From contig NW_003314306.1 of NCBI RefSeq assembly GCF_000143415.4, positions 590,897-654,896 on the forward strand: a stretch of 64,000 nt of DNA, in the 5' to 3' direction. How positions within the stretch are numbered: position 1 is the stretch's first letter; the number at the start of each line of letters is the position of its first letter. Under the pieces are notes generated by a model. It searched no databases, was not told the DNA's origin, and saw only the letters and a list, made by a program, of their open reading frames with translations. The DNA comes from Selaginella moellendorffii. Lineage: Eukaryota > Plantae > Lycopodiophyta. This document shows positions 36,801 to 48,135 of the stretch, piece by piece. The translations under genes and the position numbers were made by a program.

Positions 36801-39656
36801 GCTTTAGATCTAGCAGCATGCTGGTTGGTTGGTGAGGACCAGGAAGTTGAGAAGAAGACCTCCCTCCCCACTTCTATGACCTTGACCTAAAGACTGCACC
36901 AACTTTGAGTGGTTCATGTCAAGCTTTTTCACACAATCTCAGGGAAAAAGCCCTGGAATTTCATTCAATGTCCCTTGTTGTTTCTTCATGCAGCCTGGCT
37001 TTTGTTGCGTGATCCCTGTCACCAAAGTGTTTTCTCTTTTCTCCTCCCTCTTCTCTTATGTCATTTTTCTTATATATATATAAATTTCAACTTTGACCAA
37101 GGGTTTTTAACCGACACCGTCTTTTGAGCTCCAGGCCTTCTGGAGAATAGCATGTGTAGTGTATAGTGTGAAATGAGTGCGTGCCAATGCGATAAGCTGC
37201 GCAGCACTGCGTGATTGATTGATAGCCTGACTGGTGGGCTGAGTGATTCCTTCGGTATAATTTCTTTACGGCTGATAAAAAAAGAACACACGGTTCTTCC
37301 GAGGGTCATGGTCAACTATACAGTGTACGGTAACGAATCAAAGTTTCAAAAAAAAATTAAACAAAAAAAATCGAGAGAAGTTGATCGAGATAATAAAAAT
37401 AATCTATCCATCTAGCCAAGTAACTTTCAGTGAGCGAGACGAGAAATACCTTACCTGGCCACCACCAGAGCTGCTCAAAGGCTCGCAAGAGTCAGACGCT
37501 TTTCTTTGCGTTGCCAGTCACTGGAAAGATGGAATCATTGATCACCTTCTTTCTACCATCACTATGGTGACGCAAAGCTTTTCACCATCCCAGCAAGAGA
37601 AAGAAGAAATCTATAAAAAAAAAAAAAAGAAAAACAGAGGGAGACAAGAGCATAGCCACCTTGTTTTCTTGGGTCCCAAAGCTGTGACTGTTATCTCCTA
37701 CGCGGCAGGAGCTATGGCTTGTGATTGATTGATGGTACCAGCAAAAACTCCAGTCCTTGAGGTGGCGGTGGCGCCAAAGCTCTTCTGGAGCGCACTCAAG
37801 CTTAGAGAATTAACACCTCTTTTCGAGTTCCCAGCCTTTCTGCGTACCAGAAAGAGAACAACTTCGACGAGTTCTCTTTAATGTCTCCTCCTCCAGCGCT
37901 GCGTGTCTGTGGATTCTCCAGTCTTGTGTGTTGCAATGCTGCCAATGCCGAGAAAAGAGAAACCAAAAAAAAAAAAAGAAAAAAACTAGCAAGCAGCTTC
38001 CACATGGAAGTTCTGGCTCTTGGATCCCACCAAAGTCGTAAAACACGGACAGGCCACCAGCAAATTCGTTGCTTGGCAGTCTCTCAGCTCTATCTCCTCA
38101 AGTGCTGCTCCGCGCAGCAGTGGCTCATAGATTAGACCTGTTTGCTGGCTCGCTCTTCGCGAGCTCGTTCCTTCCTTCCTTCCTTCCCTGGAGTGATATG
38201 ATATGTCCCTCCTTGGTGGCAGCCTTTAAAGTTACTTAGTTTGGTGCTCCACTTCCATCCAGTTAGCACATGTCTCCCACAGAGAACTCTTTACTTCCAA
38301 TTCTTTTCTCCTCTTTGTTGTTCTTCCCGAGTACGATCACGCAGAGCTAGAGTTTTAGCTCGAGAGTTCTTCGTTGTCATGCTTCCACCACATGGATCCC
38401 ACATGAAAGTATTCGATTGCTCCACAGGGTCCACAAACACCACCACCTGGTCTATCACTGCGCCTTTGTCTAGTCGAACCAACTTAAACTCCGGCGGGGG
38501 CTCTTCTTCCCAAGTCTCTGTAGAGCCGTGTGTATGAGAGAGACTAGAGCGAAAAAAACAAAGAATCGAAAAAAAACTATAGCTACCTGTAAGGTGTTGT
38601 GGTCCTTCCTGCAGCAGCTATGTAAGTTACCACTGTCCAGCGTTGTTCGTTCGTATCGCTTGTCCACTTCATCCATGACTCTCAGGATTTATTGTTTACT
38701 CCGCATTTGCAGCGAAAAAGATGCTCCTCCTGCCTTGTTACTGCTGCCAAGGAAGAGAGAGAGAAAAAAAAGGAGAGAGATGAATAAACAAGAGGAAAAA
38801 TGTACCCATCACTCACCACCGCCATTTGGACAGCGTTTCCGAGACCCTCTACGGCAGCCTTTCGCGTAAGTCACCATGATGAATCATGATTCGTGATACT
38901 CCCTCCTGGCCTACGTACGAAACGAAGCGAGAAAAAAGAGAAAACAAAGCAAAAACCTCCACTTAGAGCAAAGAAACAGATCCAACTTTGACGAGCCTTA
39001 CGCTGGATGGAGCTATAACGGGAAAGGAAGACGATGTAAACTCCGGGATCTCTCCGTGCTCCTCTAGTCCTTGGCAGAGTGAAAAAAAAAGCGCCTGTGA
39101 AGCCTTGCTGTGCCTCGTTTACTCACACATGGCTCGGGACCCGCTTACTGTCTGTTGGATCGATAGGGATAAGATGGATAGAAGCAACCAAGGATCCAAA
39201 AACGCAAGGCTGCAAGCAACGCAGATGAAAGACGCTTACGTTTGTACCGTCGACAAAGTGCATCACACAAACGTACCTCGTGGTGGCAGACTTAATAAAT
39301 CACTTGCAGCCCAGAGGAAAAGAGAGATTCCCGCGACAGACATCATCTCCTTGCATCTTTCTTCCACTAGAAGTCCACTTTTTTCCTTCGAACTATCCTT
39401 CTCCTTCTCCTTCTGCTGCTGTGGCTGCTTTTCGTTTGGCTCGCATCTTCTCCAGCCACGAAACGATAACGAGTGTCTGTTTGTTTCGAAGGCAACTAAA
39501 CCCAGCCCAGGAACTTTTGTTGGCTCATGCACAGCGGGCACTGACAAGTTGGTGCTGGTGTTTTCTCTTCTCCTGGTCATTTGCACCATTGCCTGAGAAG
39601 TTGTCCTCCTTAACGCCTTCTGTTTCTTCATTTTCGCTTCCACCATCCGAAGAGCT

Positions 39657-40948
39657 CTAAAGAGGGGCCCGGACAAAGTGGCGCTTCGACCAAAGCTCGT
39701 ACATGGTCATGTGGAAAGAGTCGTATTCCCGTGGAGAGTGATGCCAGCCAAAGTGTCTCTTAACTCGTCGGCCATTCGACCAAAGCCGTGCATACTCTTC
39801 ATGCGTGACGCTCTGGAGCTTCGCCTTCAAAGCCGGGATCTGCGTGTACCTCAGGACGATCGAGAAGCTCCTCCAATTGAGAACGTTGGACAGCGGCAGA
39901 TCGTACTGGTTGGAAATGATAACGGGGACGCAGCCGAAATGGAGAGCGTCGGAGATCCTGGCGGTGTTCACCTCGTAGCCTTTGACGTGCAGACAAAACT
40001 TGCTCCGCGATAACGCGTCCTCGTACGAGCCTTGCATGGTTCCCGCAAAGATGTCCATGTCGGAATCGTTGGACCAGAGCTTTAGAAGCGTCTCTCTTAA
40101 GTGGGAGTTTTGAGCTCGTCCGGAGAAGAAAGCCAGCCTCGTCCTGGAAATAAGAAGTTCACGCAAAGAGAAAGTCAAGAAAATCTGATAGAACGCAAAA
40201 AAAACCACCTTTTTTCAGGTGGAACGATGAAAGTGTCAAGTGGTCGAGGCCAGACTTGAGGAAGAGCGACGTCTTTGTGAGGAACGTAGAGCTTCTGGTA
40301 ATAGTTCGCCGAGCAAGTAACTTGGATGGCATTTTGCTGCAAAGCCCGGGAGTTGGACGCTGCGTTCCGGCCAACCGAGTGACACCCCACGTAAAAGTGA
40401 TCCACACCTTCGGTCCGGTTCCAAAACTTGTACCTCTGGCTGATCTCCTCGACGTAACTCTCCACGAAGCTCGAGATCATGGCCTCGGAGCGAATCCGGG
40501 GATGGTTTCTCATTGCGTTGATCGAAAACGGCATGAAGAACAAGTGTGCCTCGCCAGGATCCCGCGTCGCGAAAGTGCTGTTGAGCAAGTTGATCTTGAA
40601 CATATGCTCGCTGAAGAAGTTCCCGAGCTTGCGATCATACGGGTCCGGATGAGGGAGAAAAACCTGGGAGTAATCTGAATTGCCGAATGGATACACATAC
40701 ACCTTGAAGCTCTTCACCATCTCTTCGTAGTCCAGGGAGAAGAGCTCCCAGTTGTGATAGACTTTGGAGCTATGATCTTGACGCTGGGGTCGGGAAGTTC
40801 CAGAAGAGAAGTGTCGCTGTCCATCACGGCTGAAAATCTCTCCAAAGCACCCCTGTTGCTGGAGTCGAGTGTTTAAGCCGTGATTTACGGCCACCAGTGC
40901 CATGGCCGTAGCGAGGAGCGCGATGGCCAGTTGCTTCCACTTCCACAT
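39657..40948 (-). CDS. Exostosin-family glycosyltransferase (GT47), 2 exons
   Basis: N-terminal TM anchor; FKVYVYP, TRDPGEAHLFFMPFS, FWNRTEGVDHFYVGCH, SKFCLHVKGYEVNTARISDALHFGCVPVII; intron 40208-40144. Confidence 0.95.
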
Positions 40949-41776
40949 TGGAGCTTGGGAATGGTCGCTTACCTCGGAATGGAACCCAAGAACCCTAGAC
41001 CACGGAGAAAGCTCCAGCATTTGCTATGCATTTTCTCTCTGTGGGTCTGTTGCAATGCCGCTCCATCCAGCTGGGAGATCGATCGCGATCCAGCCTCGTG
41101 GATGACAATGCGCATCGCGGCTTCTTAGCGATCGTGCTTGATCCTTGAATCTAGCTTTTGGCGCAACAAGAGCCCTAGATCCAACGGTGGAAGTTAGACC
41201 GCATTAAATCGCTGCCACGTGTCGGAGCCATAGTATAGTTATGGCTCTGTCGCAAGCTTGTACATGGGAATGTTCACGAACTTGGAAACAAGAATATTTT
41301 TCAGACTGCTGATGCCAATGCGTAGAGTAGGATCATCGAGTTCCAGGTTGACACTGGAATTGGATCCGAGACATTTTATGGCGGCACTGGAATTTTCAAA
41401 GGAGCTGCTGAAATAATGAAAAATGACAATGGTTGAAATTCAGGAGAAATAGAGTATAAAAGGTGCCTTGCCAATCGTCTGAAGAATCCTTAAGCTCTTT
41501 CTTAATGTACTAATGTATTGCATGCGAAGAGATGATCATGGGATTGTACTTTCACAACAAACGCCCAAACCATTTATGACTGATTCTTTTTCCTGGCATT
41601 CCAAGCTGATGCTTGGAACTACAGTAAGACATTCCAGCAATCCTTTGCTATCAAGATGAGCTAGACCAACTGCTTATTGTTAATAGTTCACAAACTCTTC
41701 TTCTCCAGGGAGAGCCCATACCCATTGTGGTGGGAAAAATTTGAAGCCTCTTTTACCTTTATAAAATTATATCTAA

Positions 41777-42078
41777 AGTTTTTGGTTTGCTTAAGTAAAC
41801 TTTAGCAATGGATATACTTAAAATATATTTAGATATTCTAAGATATTTTACCATCTAACGGTTGTTATTCATTTAGATTAATCTTGTATTTATAATTTAT
41901 AAACATGTTTATGATTTATAAACTTTTTTAAACCCTTTCTAGTATATTTCTTTTTATTCTATCATCTAATGGTTGATATACAATAAGATTAATCTTACAA
42001 ACATGCTTATAATTATATACTTTATTTGATCAATTAGATTAATAAGTAATAATAGAACTACCATTAAGCAAACCAAAC
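41777..42078 (+). mobile_element. MITE-like element copy A
   Basis: AT-rich ~300 bp with terminal inverted repeat TTTGGTTTGCTTAA...TTAAGCAAACCAAA; homologous to 49851-50093. Confidence 0.75.
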
Positions 42079-42397
42079 GTACATGCAACACATAGCAATT
42101 TACTATATCTATAATTTAAACATATCTAAATAACTATATAAGAAAGAGTCCCATGACACAAAGGCATGGATAATAGAGTTTGAAGTATGGTGTGAAGCTT
42201 CTAATTTGCTACACTAGGTACGTTTTCCCTTCTTGTTCTTAACCACTAACCAATAATAGTGGTGTGATGATTAATCTTATTATTTTGTAGACCACAAAGG
42301 AACAAATTACAAACTAAGAGCTAAAAAACAAGCCAAAAACTACCATAAAATGCTATGATTTTGTAATTCAAGTCCTTCCTACATATCATTCTATTCT

Positions 42398-44422
42398 ATG
42401 CACTCTGTTGCACTAACAAATTCTGATCCAATTAATGCCTTTGCACTTGCAATTCGGTCGTGTAAAGATTTACCCAAAGCTCAGCAATTGCACAAGAATC
42501 TTCTAGAAAGCCAACATGCCAAGAACAAATTTCTCCTCAACCTGCTGCTTTCTGCATATGGCAGATGTGGAGGTCTGGAATATGCAAAGAAAGTGTTTGA
42601 CAACATGGTCACACCAAATGTATTTACCTGGAATCTCATGATTCAAGCTTATGCCGAGAATGGGCATTTGGAGAAAGCCCAACAGATGCTTAATTCGATG
42701 CCTGAAAAAAACCCTATAGCACAGAACGCTCTCATCTCTGCTTATGCACAAAGAGGAGATTTTGAAAACTCCAGAGAAGTATTCAACAGCATGAAGGACA
42801 GAACAGCGGCATCTTGGAACACAATGGTGACAGTATATGCCCGAAATGGGCAACTTGACGAGGCAAGGAGTGTTCTCGAGAGCATGCCAGAACCTAACAT
42901 TCTCGCTATCACAGCCATGGTTGTGGCATATGCTGAGGTTGGGAATCTCAAGCAGGCAAGGATTCTTTTTTATTCCATGGCCCAGCGTGACATTGTGTCC
43001 TGGACTGCAATGCTCAAGGCCTATGTCTATAACAGCCAAATGGATGATGCCAAAAAGCTGTTTGATTCCATGCCAGAGAGGAATGTGGTATCCTGGACGA
43101 CAATGCTTACAGCATATTCCCAGTCTGGGCATCTTGGAAGTGCCAAGGGCATCTTTGATGCCATGCCTGAGAAGAATGTAGTGACGTGGACGTCGATGGT
43201 ACAAGGGTACGCTCTCCATGGCCACGTGGAAGATGCGGAAGCGCTGTTCCAGCAAATGCCAGAGCGGGACATTGTGACGTGGAACGCCATGCTGGTGGGA
43301 TTCACACAGAAGGGACACGTGGCAAGAGCCAAGAAGCTGTTCGACCAGATGCCCAGGTGGGACGCCGTGACGTGGAGCATTATGCTGCAATGCCTTGCCG
43401 AGAATGGGCATCTGGAAGATGCTAGGAATCTCTTTGACAGGATTCCCGAGCGCAATGTGGTGGTGTGGAATATTCTCATCCAGGCGTACGTCCAGCACGA
43501 AGATATCAACACCGCCACGTGGCTCTACCACAGAATGCCAGCTCACAACAGAATCACACGAAATGTTATGATCGTTGCAAATGCCCTGGAAGGGCATCTG
43601 GAAGATGCCCGTTGCATATTCGACAATATGCCTAGCAAAGATATTGTGAGCTGGAGCTCGCTGATCGAGGCATACGCACAAGCGACCTACGTTGACCAGG
43701 CAAAGTCAATGTTTGACCGGATGCCCGAGCATGATACTGTTGCGTGGACCGCAATGTTTGCAGCATTTGCCCAAGAAGGCGATTTGGTAGCGGCGAAGTT
43801 GATGTTCCACGGCATGCCCGAGCAAGATACCGTCGCCTGGAACGCGATGACCGCAGCGTTTGCGCAGAATGGGCGATACTCCGACGTGGAGAAGTTCTTC
43901 GGCTTTGCTCCCAGCAGAGATCCTGTGACTTGGAGCGCTCAAATCGCGACTTACGCGCACAATGGCCACGCCGTGGAGGCGCTCCATCTATTCTGGTGCT
44001 TGCTGATTGAGGGGATGATCCCCGACGCCACCATCTTCAACAACATCCTCTCGGCGAGCAGCCACATTGGCGAGCTCAAGGATGCCTGGCGCTACTTCGT
44101 GTCCATCACTGACGATCACGGCCTGGTCCCCTCGCACGATAACTACTGCTGCATGGTGGATGTTCTTGGGCGGTGTGGACAGCTGCGAGACGCCGAGGAG
44201 CTCGTCCACACTATGCCGTTTTTGCCGGACTCGGTGGCGTGGGGTGCACTGGTTGCGTCTTGCAAGGAGCACAACGATGCCGATCGGGCCGCTCGAGCAG
44301 CTCAGCTTGCAGCCGAGAGGAACCCAGAGAATTCAGTGTTCTACGTGCTGCTCTCCAACACTCTGAGAACCATCAAACAGAAAAGGAGAAGTTCTAGTCA
44401 GGAAGAGACGTGCGAAGCTTGA
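42398..44422 (+). CDS. PLS-class PPR protein with tandem 31-aa (SS-type) repeats and E domain, no DYW
   Basis: Repeated MPERNVVSWTTML-type units; YCCMVDVLGRCGQL..AEELVHTMPFLPDSVAWGALVASC E-domain entry; intronless. Confidence 0.95.
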   Translation: MHSVALTNSDPINAFALAIRSCKDLPKAQQLHKNLLESQHAKNKFLLNLLLSAYGRCGGLEYAKKVFDNMVTPNVFTWNLMIQAYAENGHLEKAQQMLNSMPEKNPIAQNALISAYAQRGDFENSREVFNSMKDRTAASWNTMVTVYARNGQLDEARSVLESMPEPNILAITAMVVAYAEVGNLKQARILFYSMAQRDIVSWTAMLKAYVYNSQMDDAKKLFDSMPERNVVSWTTMLTAYSQSGHLGSAKGIFDAMPEKNVVTWTSMVQGYALHGHVEDAEALFQQMPERDIVTWNAMLVGFTQKGHVARAKKLFDQMPRWDAVTWSIMLQCLAENGHLEDARNLFDRIPERNVVVWNILIQAYVQHEDINTATWLYHRMPAHNRITRNVMIVANALEGHLEDARCIFDNMPSKDIVSWSSLIEAYAQATYVDQAKSMFDRMPEHDTVAWTAMFAAFAQEGDLVAAKLMFHGMPEQDTVAWNAMTAAFAQNGRYSDVEKFFGFAPSRDPVTWSAQIATYAHNGHAVEALHLFWCLLIEGMIPDATIFNNILSASSHIGELKDAWRYFVSITDDHGLVPSHDNYCCMVDVLGRCGQLRDAEELVHTMPFLPDSVAWGALVASCKEHNDADRAARAAQLAAERNPENSVFYVLLSNTLRTIKQKRRSSSQEETCEA

Positions 44423-44805
44423 ATTTACCAAAGGATGCCGAGATTTGTATCGCAAGCATTCATTCTTCTACCTCTGCCGCGGCTGTGCGCTTATTGCAAG
44501 CACGATTGGCAACTCGAGCAGCAAAGGAACCCGGAAATTTCAATCTTTTACATGTTGCTCTCCTACACCGAGAGCCATCAGTATAAAAAAGTTCGAAAAA
44601 TCCTGTACTTTACCAGAGGCAATCGAGTTTTTTTCCCAAGCTCGTGATTCGCTTTTTTCAGCGACGAGGTAGAAGAATCCAAAACCTCTATAAAAAAAAT
44701 TTTGGTTAGTCAAGAGAAGTTCGCATCTACTGTGCTTTACCTGAAGCTGACGATTTCTTGCAAGTCTTTCCAAGACGTGCAGAATGACTCCATTCTCTGT
44801 GTCTT

Positions 44806-47800
44806 CTACCAGCAGTCCTTGCATGAGCACGTACCATTACTGAAGTGATGAAACCTGAGGCTGTCCCTCACGATGATCTCCCTTCCCATAATCATAGAGA
44901 TGTACTTGGTAGCAGTATGACAGTCGCCGCAGACACGAAGGTTCTTCACGATCTTGAGAGTTGTGTCGGGAGGAGTTGCTATCAATCCAAAAGCAATGGC
45001 TATCCTTTCACTATGATAGCCGAGCGCCTTCTCCTTAAGCTCGTCTTCAGCGTCAAGTCCCTTGTCCGCCTCGTATCCAGCTCTTCGCATCAGCAGCTCA
45101 AGCTTGTCGAGCACGACATAAATCTCGTCTGTCTGTGGATGTGATCTGTCACCAGCGACAAATTCGTGAACCTGCTTTCCAATCTCGAGCCAGCTCATTC
45201 CAGGGGCGTTCTTCACATTCTGGTCGAGCAGCTTCTTTCTATCGACATCTGCATCCTTCCATTTTCCAGTAGCGCAGTAAATGTTGGAGAGAACGACGTG
45301 AGCTGCCGAGTTGTGTGGATCCAGCTCTAGAATCCTCTGAGCACATCTCTCACCAAGTTCGGCATCTCCCTGAAGCTTGCAAGTCCCGAGCAAGCTCGTC
45401 CAGACCAGAGTGTTGTCTTCGAACGGCATCTTGCGGATGATCTGCTCGGCATGCTCGAGCTGTCCTGCTCGTCCAAGGAGATCCACGAAACAGGCGTAGT
45501 GCTCCAAAGTAGGAGATATTCCGAAGTACTCCTTCATAGTAAGGAAGGAGCTGCAGCCTTCCTCAACCATTCCAGCATGGCCGCATGCAGAAATGATACT
45601 GACGAGCGTCGCGACGTCGGGTCTCACGCCTTCCTGCTGCATTTTCCAGAACATCTTGACGGCCTCTTCGCTGAATCCATGCTGAGCCAGTGCTCCTATA
45701 ATGGCGTTGAGAAGCACGACGGTCCACTGGCAAGCTCCTCGAAACAAGGAGATGGCCTCGTCTAGCTTGCCACACTTGGCATAGAGCTTAACCAGTCCCG
45801 TGGCCACCGAGACGTCTGAATCAAGGCCACTCTCAGCTGCTAAGCCGTGGAAGAGCTTGCCATCGGAAACAAGTGCTGAGCCCCCAGATACGTTGAGCGT
45901 TGTAGAGAAAGTAAGCTTATCTGGCTTCACACCTTCTAGCTGCATGTGACGGAAGAGAAGAACAGCCTCCTTAGCCAAGCCAGCTTGAGCATAGGCTGCG
46001 CTCATAATGTTCCACGAGACGAGATCTCGAGCCTTCATCGTCTCAAAGAAGCTCAAGGCCTCCCTCCAGTCACCACAGTTGGAGTACATGTTGAGCAGTG
46101 CATTCTCCACAGCGATGTCCGCTTCTAATCCGATCTCAGTAACGCACGCATGGATGATTTTCCCTAGTCCCAGAGTCGTGGAGTCCAGGCAAGTGTCCAG
46201 AGTCGTAGCCAGCGTGAACTTATCCGGAATAACTCCTTCCAGCTGCATCCTCCTGAAAAGATGGTGAACCTCTTTGAAGTCCCTGTTTTCGGCCGTCGCT
46301 GAAACCATGGCTGTCCACGAGACCACATCCCCGTGATCCATCTCGTCGAACACACTTCGAGCTTGCTCTAGCTCTCGACACCTGCCATGCATGCTGATAA
46401 GTGCGGTCTCCAGGCAGGCCGATCGATAGCCACTCTCCAAGATACACATTCGTAGAACTTGAGCCTCTTGTGAGCAGTAGCACGAACTGAGAACGCTGGT
46501 GAAGCTGAGAGCATCCGGAAGAACACCACCTTGCAGCATCTCCATGAGCGCTCCGAAAGCTTCTTTCGATCGATCGTTCTGTGCATATGCCCCGAGCATT
46601 ACGTTCCAAGTAACCAAGCTCCGGGAAGGCAGCGGCATCTCCTTGAAAACTAGCTCCGCCTCTGCAATACTCCCACACTTCCCATACATGGAGACGAGCA
46701 TGGTCGCCACAGAACTCTCTACGTAGTCCCGTCGTCTAGTCAGGATCAAGGAATGGATCTTCCTGCCAAAGTCCAAAGCTTCGCTATTAGAACAGGCATT
46801 GAGAATTGCAATGAAGCTCACCTTGTTCGGGTCTATCCCCGCCAAGAGCATGTGATGGAAAGTATTCACGACTTTGCCGAAGCTCTTGCGATCTTCGCTG
46901 GCTCCAAGCATCGTATTCCACGAAATCACGTCACATTTCCACCGGATCCGCCGAAAAACAGTCCAGGCCGCGGAAAAGAACCCACATTTCGCATACATGC
47001 TGATGATCGCGTTGCCGACGACGACATCCCGCAAGTAGCCGCTCTCCCAGATCCGGCCATGGAATTTCCTGGCAGCGCCAAAATCCACGCCAGAAGCCGC
47101 AAGAGCATTGAGAATCGTGATCAGTGTCACGGAATTGGGGCGCATACCTTCGAGACGCAAGCGCCGGAAGATCGCCATGGCGTCACCGTGCCGCCCCGCC
47201 TCGACGCTCGCGGAGATCATCGCGTTCCAAGAAACTAGGTCGAGCTCCTGGCGGGAAGCCATGGCTTTAAAAACGCCGTACGCTCCCTCCCAGTCCCCAC
47301 ACTTGCCGTACATATTAATAAGCGCATTACCGGCCAGAGGATCGAACCCCAGACCGGCCTCGTGTAAGAGAGAGTGGAGCCACGTGCCATCTCGCAAGCT
47401 TGTACACGCGCCAAGCGCTGTGATAAAGGTGATCACATTGGGGGCGAGAGGTTGAAGAAGCATTTCCCGGAATATCCTTAGGGCGTCTGGGTAGAATCTT
47501 CTCTCCTGGGCGTAAGCTCCGGCCATGGCGGTCCACGATACAACGTCCTTCTCCGGTATCGTCAGAAAGACCGCGATGGCGTCCTCCGGGCTCCCGCATT
47601 TGGCATACATGTTGATCATCGCATTACCCACAAGCGTCGCGGTTGTGGATTCTCGTTCTAGCCCGAGCTCCCATATCATGGCGTGGATCGATCGCCCAAT
47701 TGCTAGGTCTCGCGAATTCGCGCATGCGTTGAGCATCGCTACGAGCGTGTAGCTGTTGGGCGCGGCGCTGGATTCGAGCAGCATTGTCCGGAAGAGCGCA

Positions 47801-48135
47801 AATGCCCGCGCAAAAGCTCCAGACTGGGCATTTGCGGAGATTAAAGCGGTCCAGGAGACAACGTTTCTTTCCTCCATTTTCGAGAAGATCGCGTGGGCTT
47901 CTTCGAGGCTGCCACACCGGACGTACATGTTTATGAGACAGTTCCCCAGAAAGAGGTGCTGCTCGAGCCCGGCATTGGCGATCAGTTCGTGGGCGCGTTT
48001 GCCTTTGGCGAGATCGTTGGAATCAACGCAGGATTGGAGAAGCGCGGTGTATTCTTGCAGATCGGCAGCGCGATCTACGCGCACTGCTCCAGAGAGGGAG
48101 CAGAGCTGCCGGATGATCAATCCACGCTTCATCAT
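44806..48135 (-). CDS. PLS-E-DYW PPR RNA-editing factor
   Basis: PLS triplets, PGMSWLE PG box, HSERIAIAFG and KNLRVCGDCH zinc motif, C-terminus CSCKDCW. Confidence 0.97.
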   Translation of the reverse strand: MMKRGLIIRQLCSLSGAVRVDRAADLQEYTALLQSCVDSNDLAKGKRAHELIANAGLEQHLFLGNCLINMYVRCGSLEEAHAIFSKMEERNVVSWTALISANAQSGAFARAFALFRTMLLESSAAPNSYTLVAMLNACANSRDLAIGRSIHAMIWELGLERESTTATLVGNAMINMYAKCGSPEDAIAVFLTIPEKDVVSWTAMAGAYAQERRFYPDALRIFREMLLQPLAPNVITFITALGACTSLRDGTWLHSLLHEAGLGFDPLAGNALINMYGKCGDWEGAYGVFKAMASRQELDLVSWNAMISASVEAGRHGDAMAIFRRLRLEGMRPNSVTLITILNALAASGVDFGAARKFHGRIWESGYLRDVVVGNAIISMYAKCGFFSAAWTVFRRIRWKCDVISWNTMLGASEDRKSFGKVVNTFHHMLLAGIDPNKVSFIAILNACSNSEALDFGRKIHSLILTRRRDYVESSVATMLVSMYGKCGSIAEAELVFKEMPLPSRSLVTWNVMLGAYAQNDRSKEAFGALMEMLQGGVLPDALSFTSVLSSCYCSQEAQVLRMCILESGYRSACLETALISMHGRCRELEQARSVFDEMDHGDVVSWTAMVSATAENRDFKEVHHLFRRMQLEGVIPDKFTLATTLDTCLDSTTLGLGKIIHACVTEIGLEADIAVENALLNMYSNCGDWREALSFFETMKARDLVSWNIMSAAYAQAGLAKEAVLLFRHMQLEGVKPDKLTFSTTLNVSGGSALVSDGKLFHGLAAESGLDSDVSVATGLVKLYAKCGKLDEAISLFRGACQWTVVLLNAIIGALAQHGFSEEAVKMFWKMQQEGVRPDVATLVSIISACGHAGMVEEGCSSFLTMKEYFGISPTLEHYACFVDLLGRAGQLEHAEQIIRKMPFEDNTLVWTSLLGTCKLQGDAELGERCAQRILELDPHNSAAHVVLSNIYCATGKWKDADVDRKKLLDQNVKNAPGMSWLEIGKQVHEFVAGDRSHPQTDEIYVVLDKLELLMRRAGYEADKGLDAEDELKEKALGYHSERIAIAFGLIATPPDTTLKIVKNLRVCGDCHTATKYISMIMGREIIVRDSLRFHHFSNGTCSCKDCW

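Noticed and set aside
42503-43681. 392-aa antisense ORF and apparent 93-bp periodicity
   Set aside because: Explained by the 31-aa PPR repeats on the + strand; not a separate gene or a CRISPR-like array.
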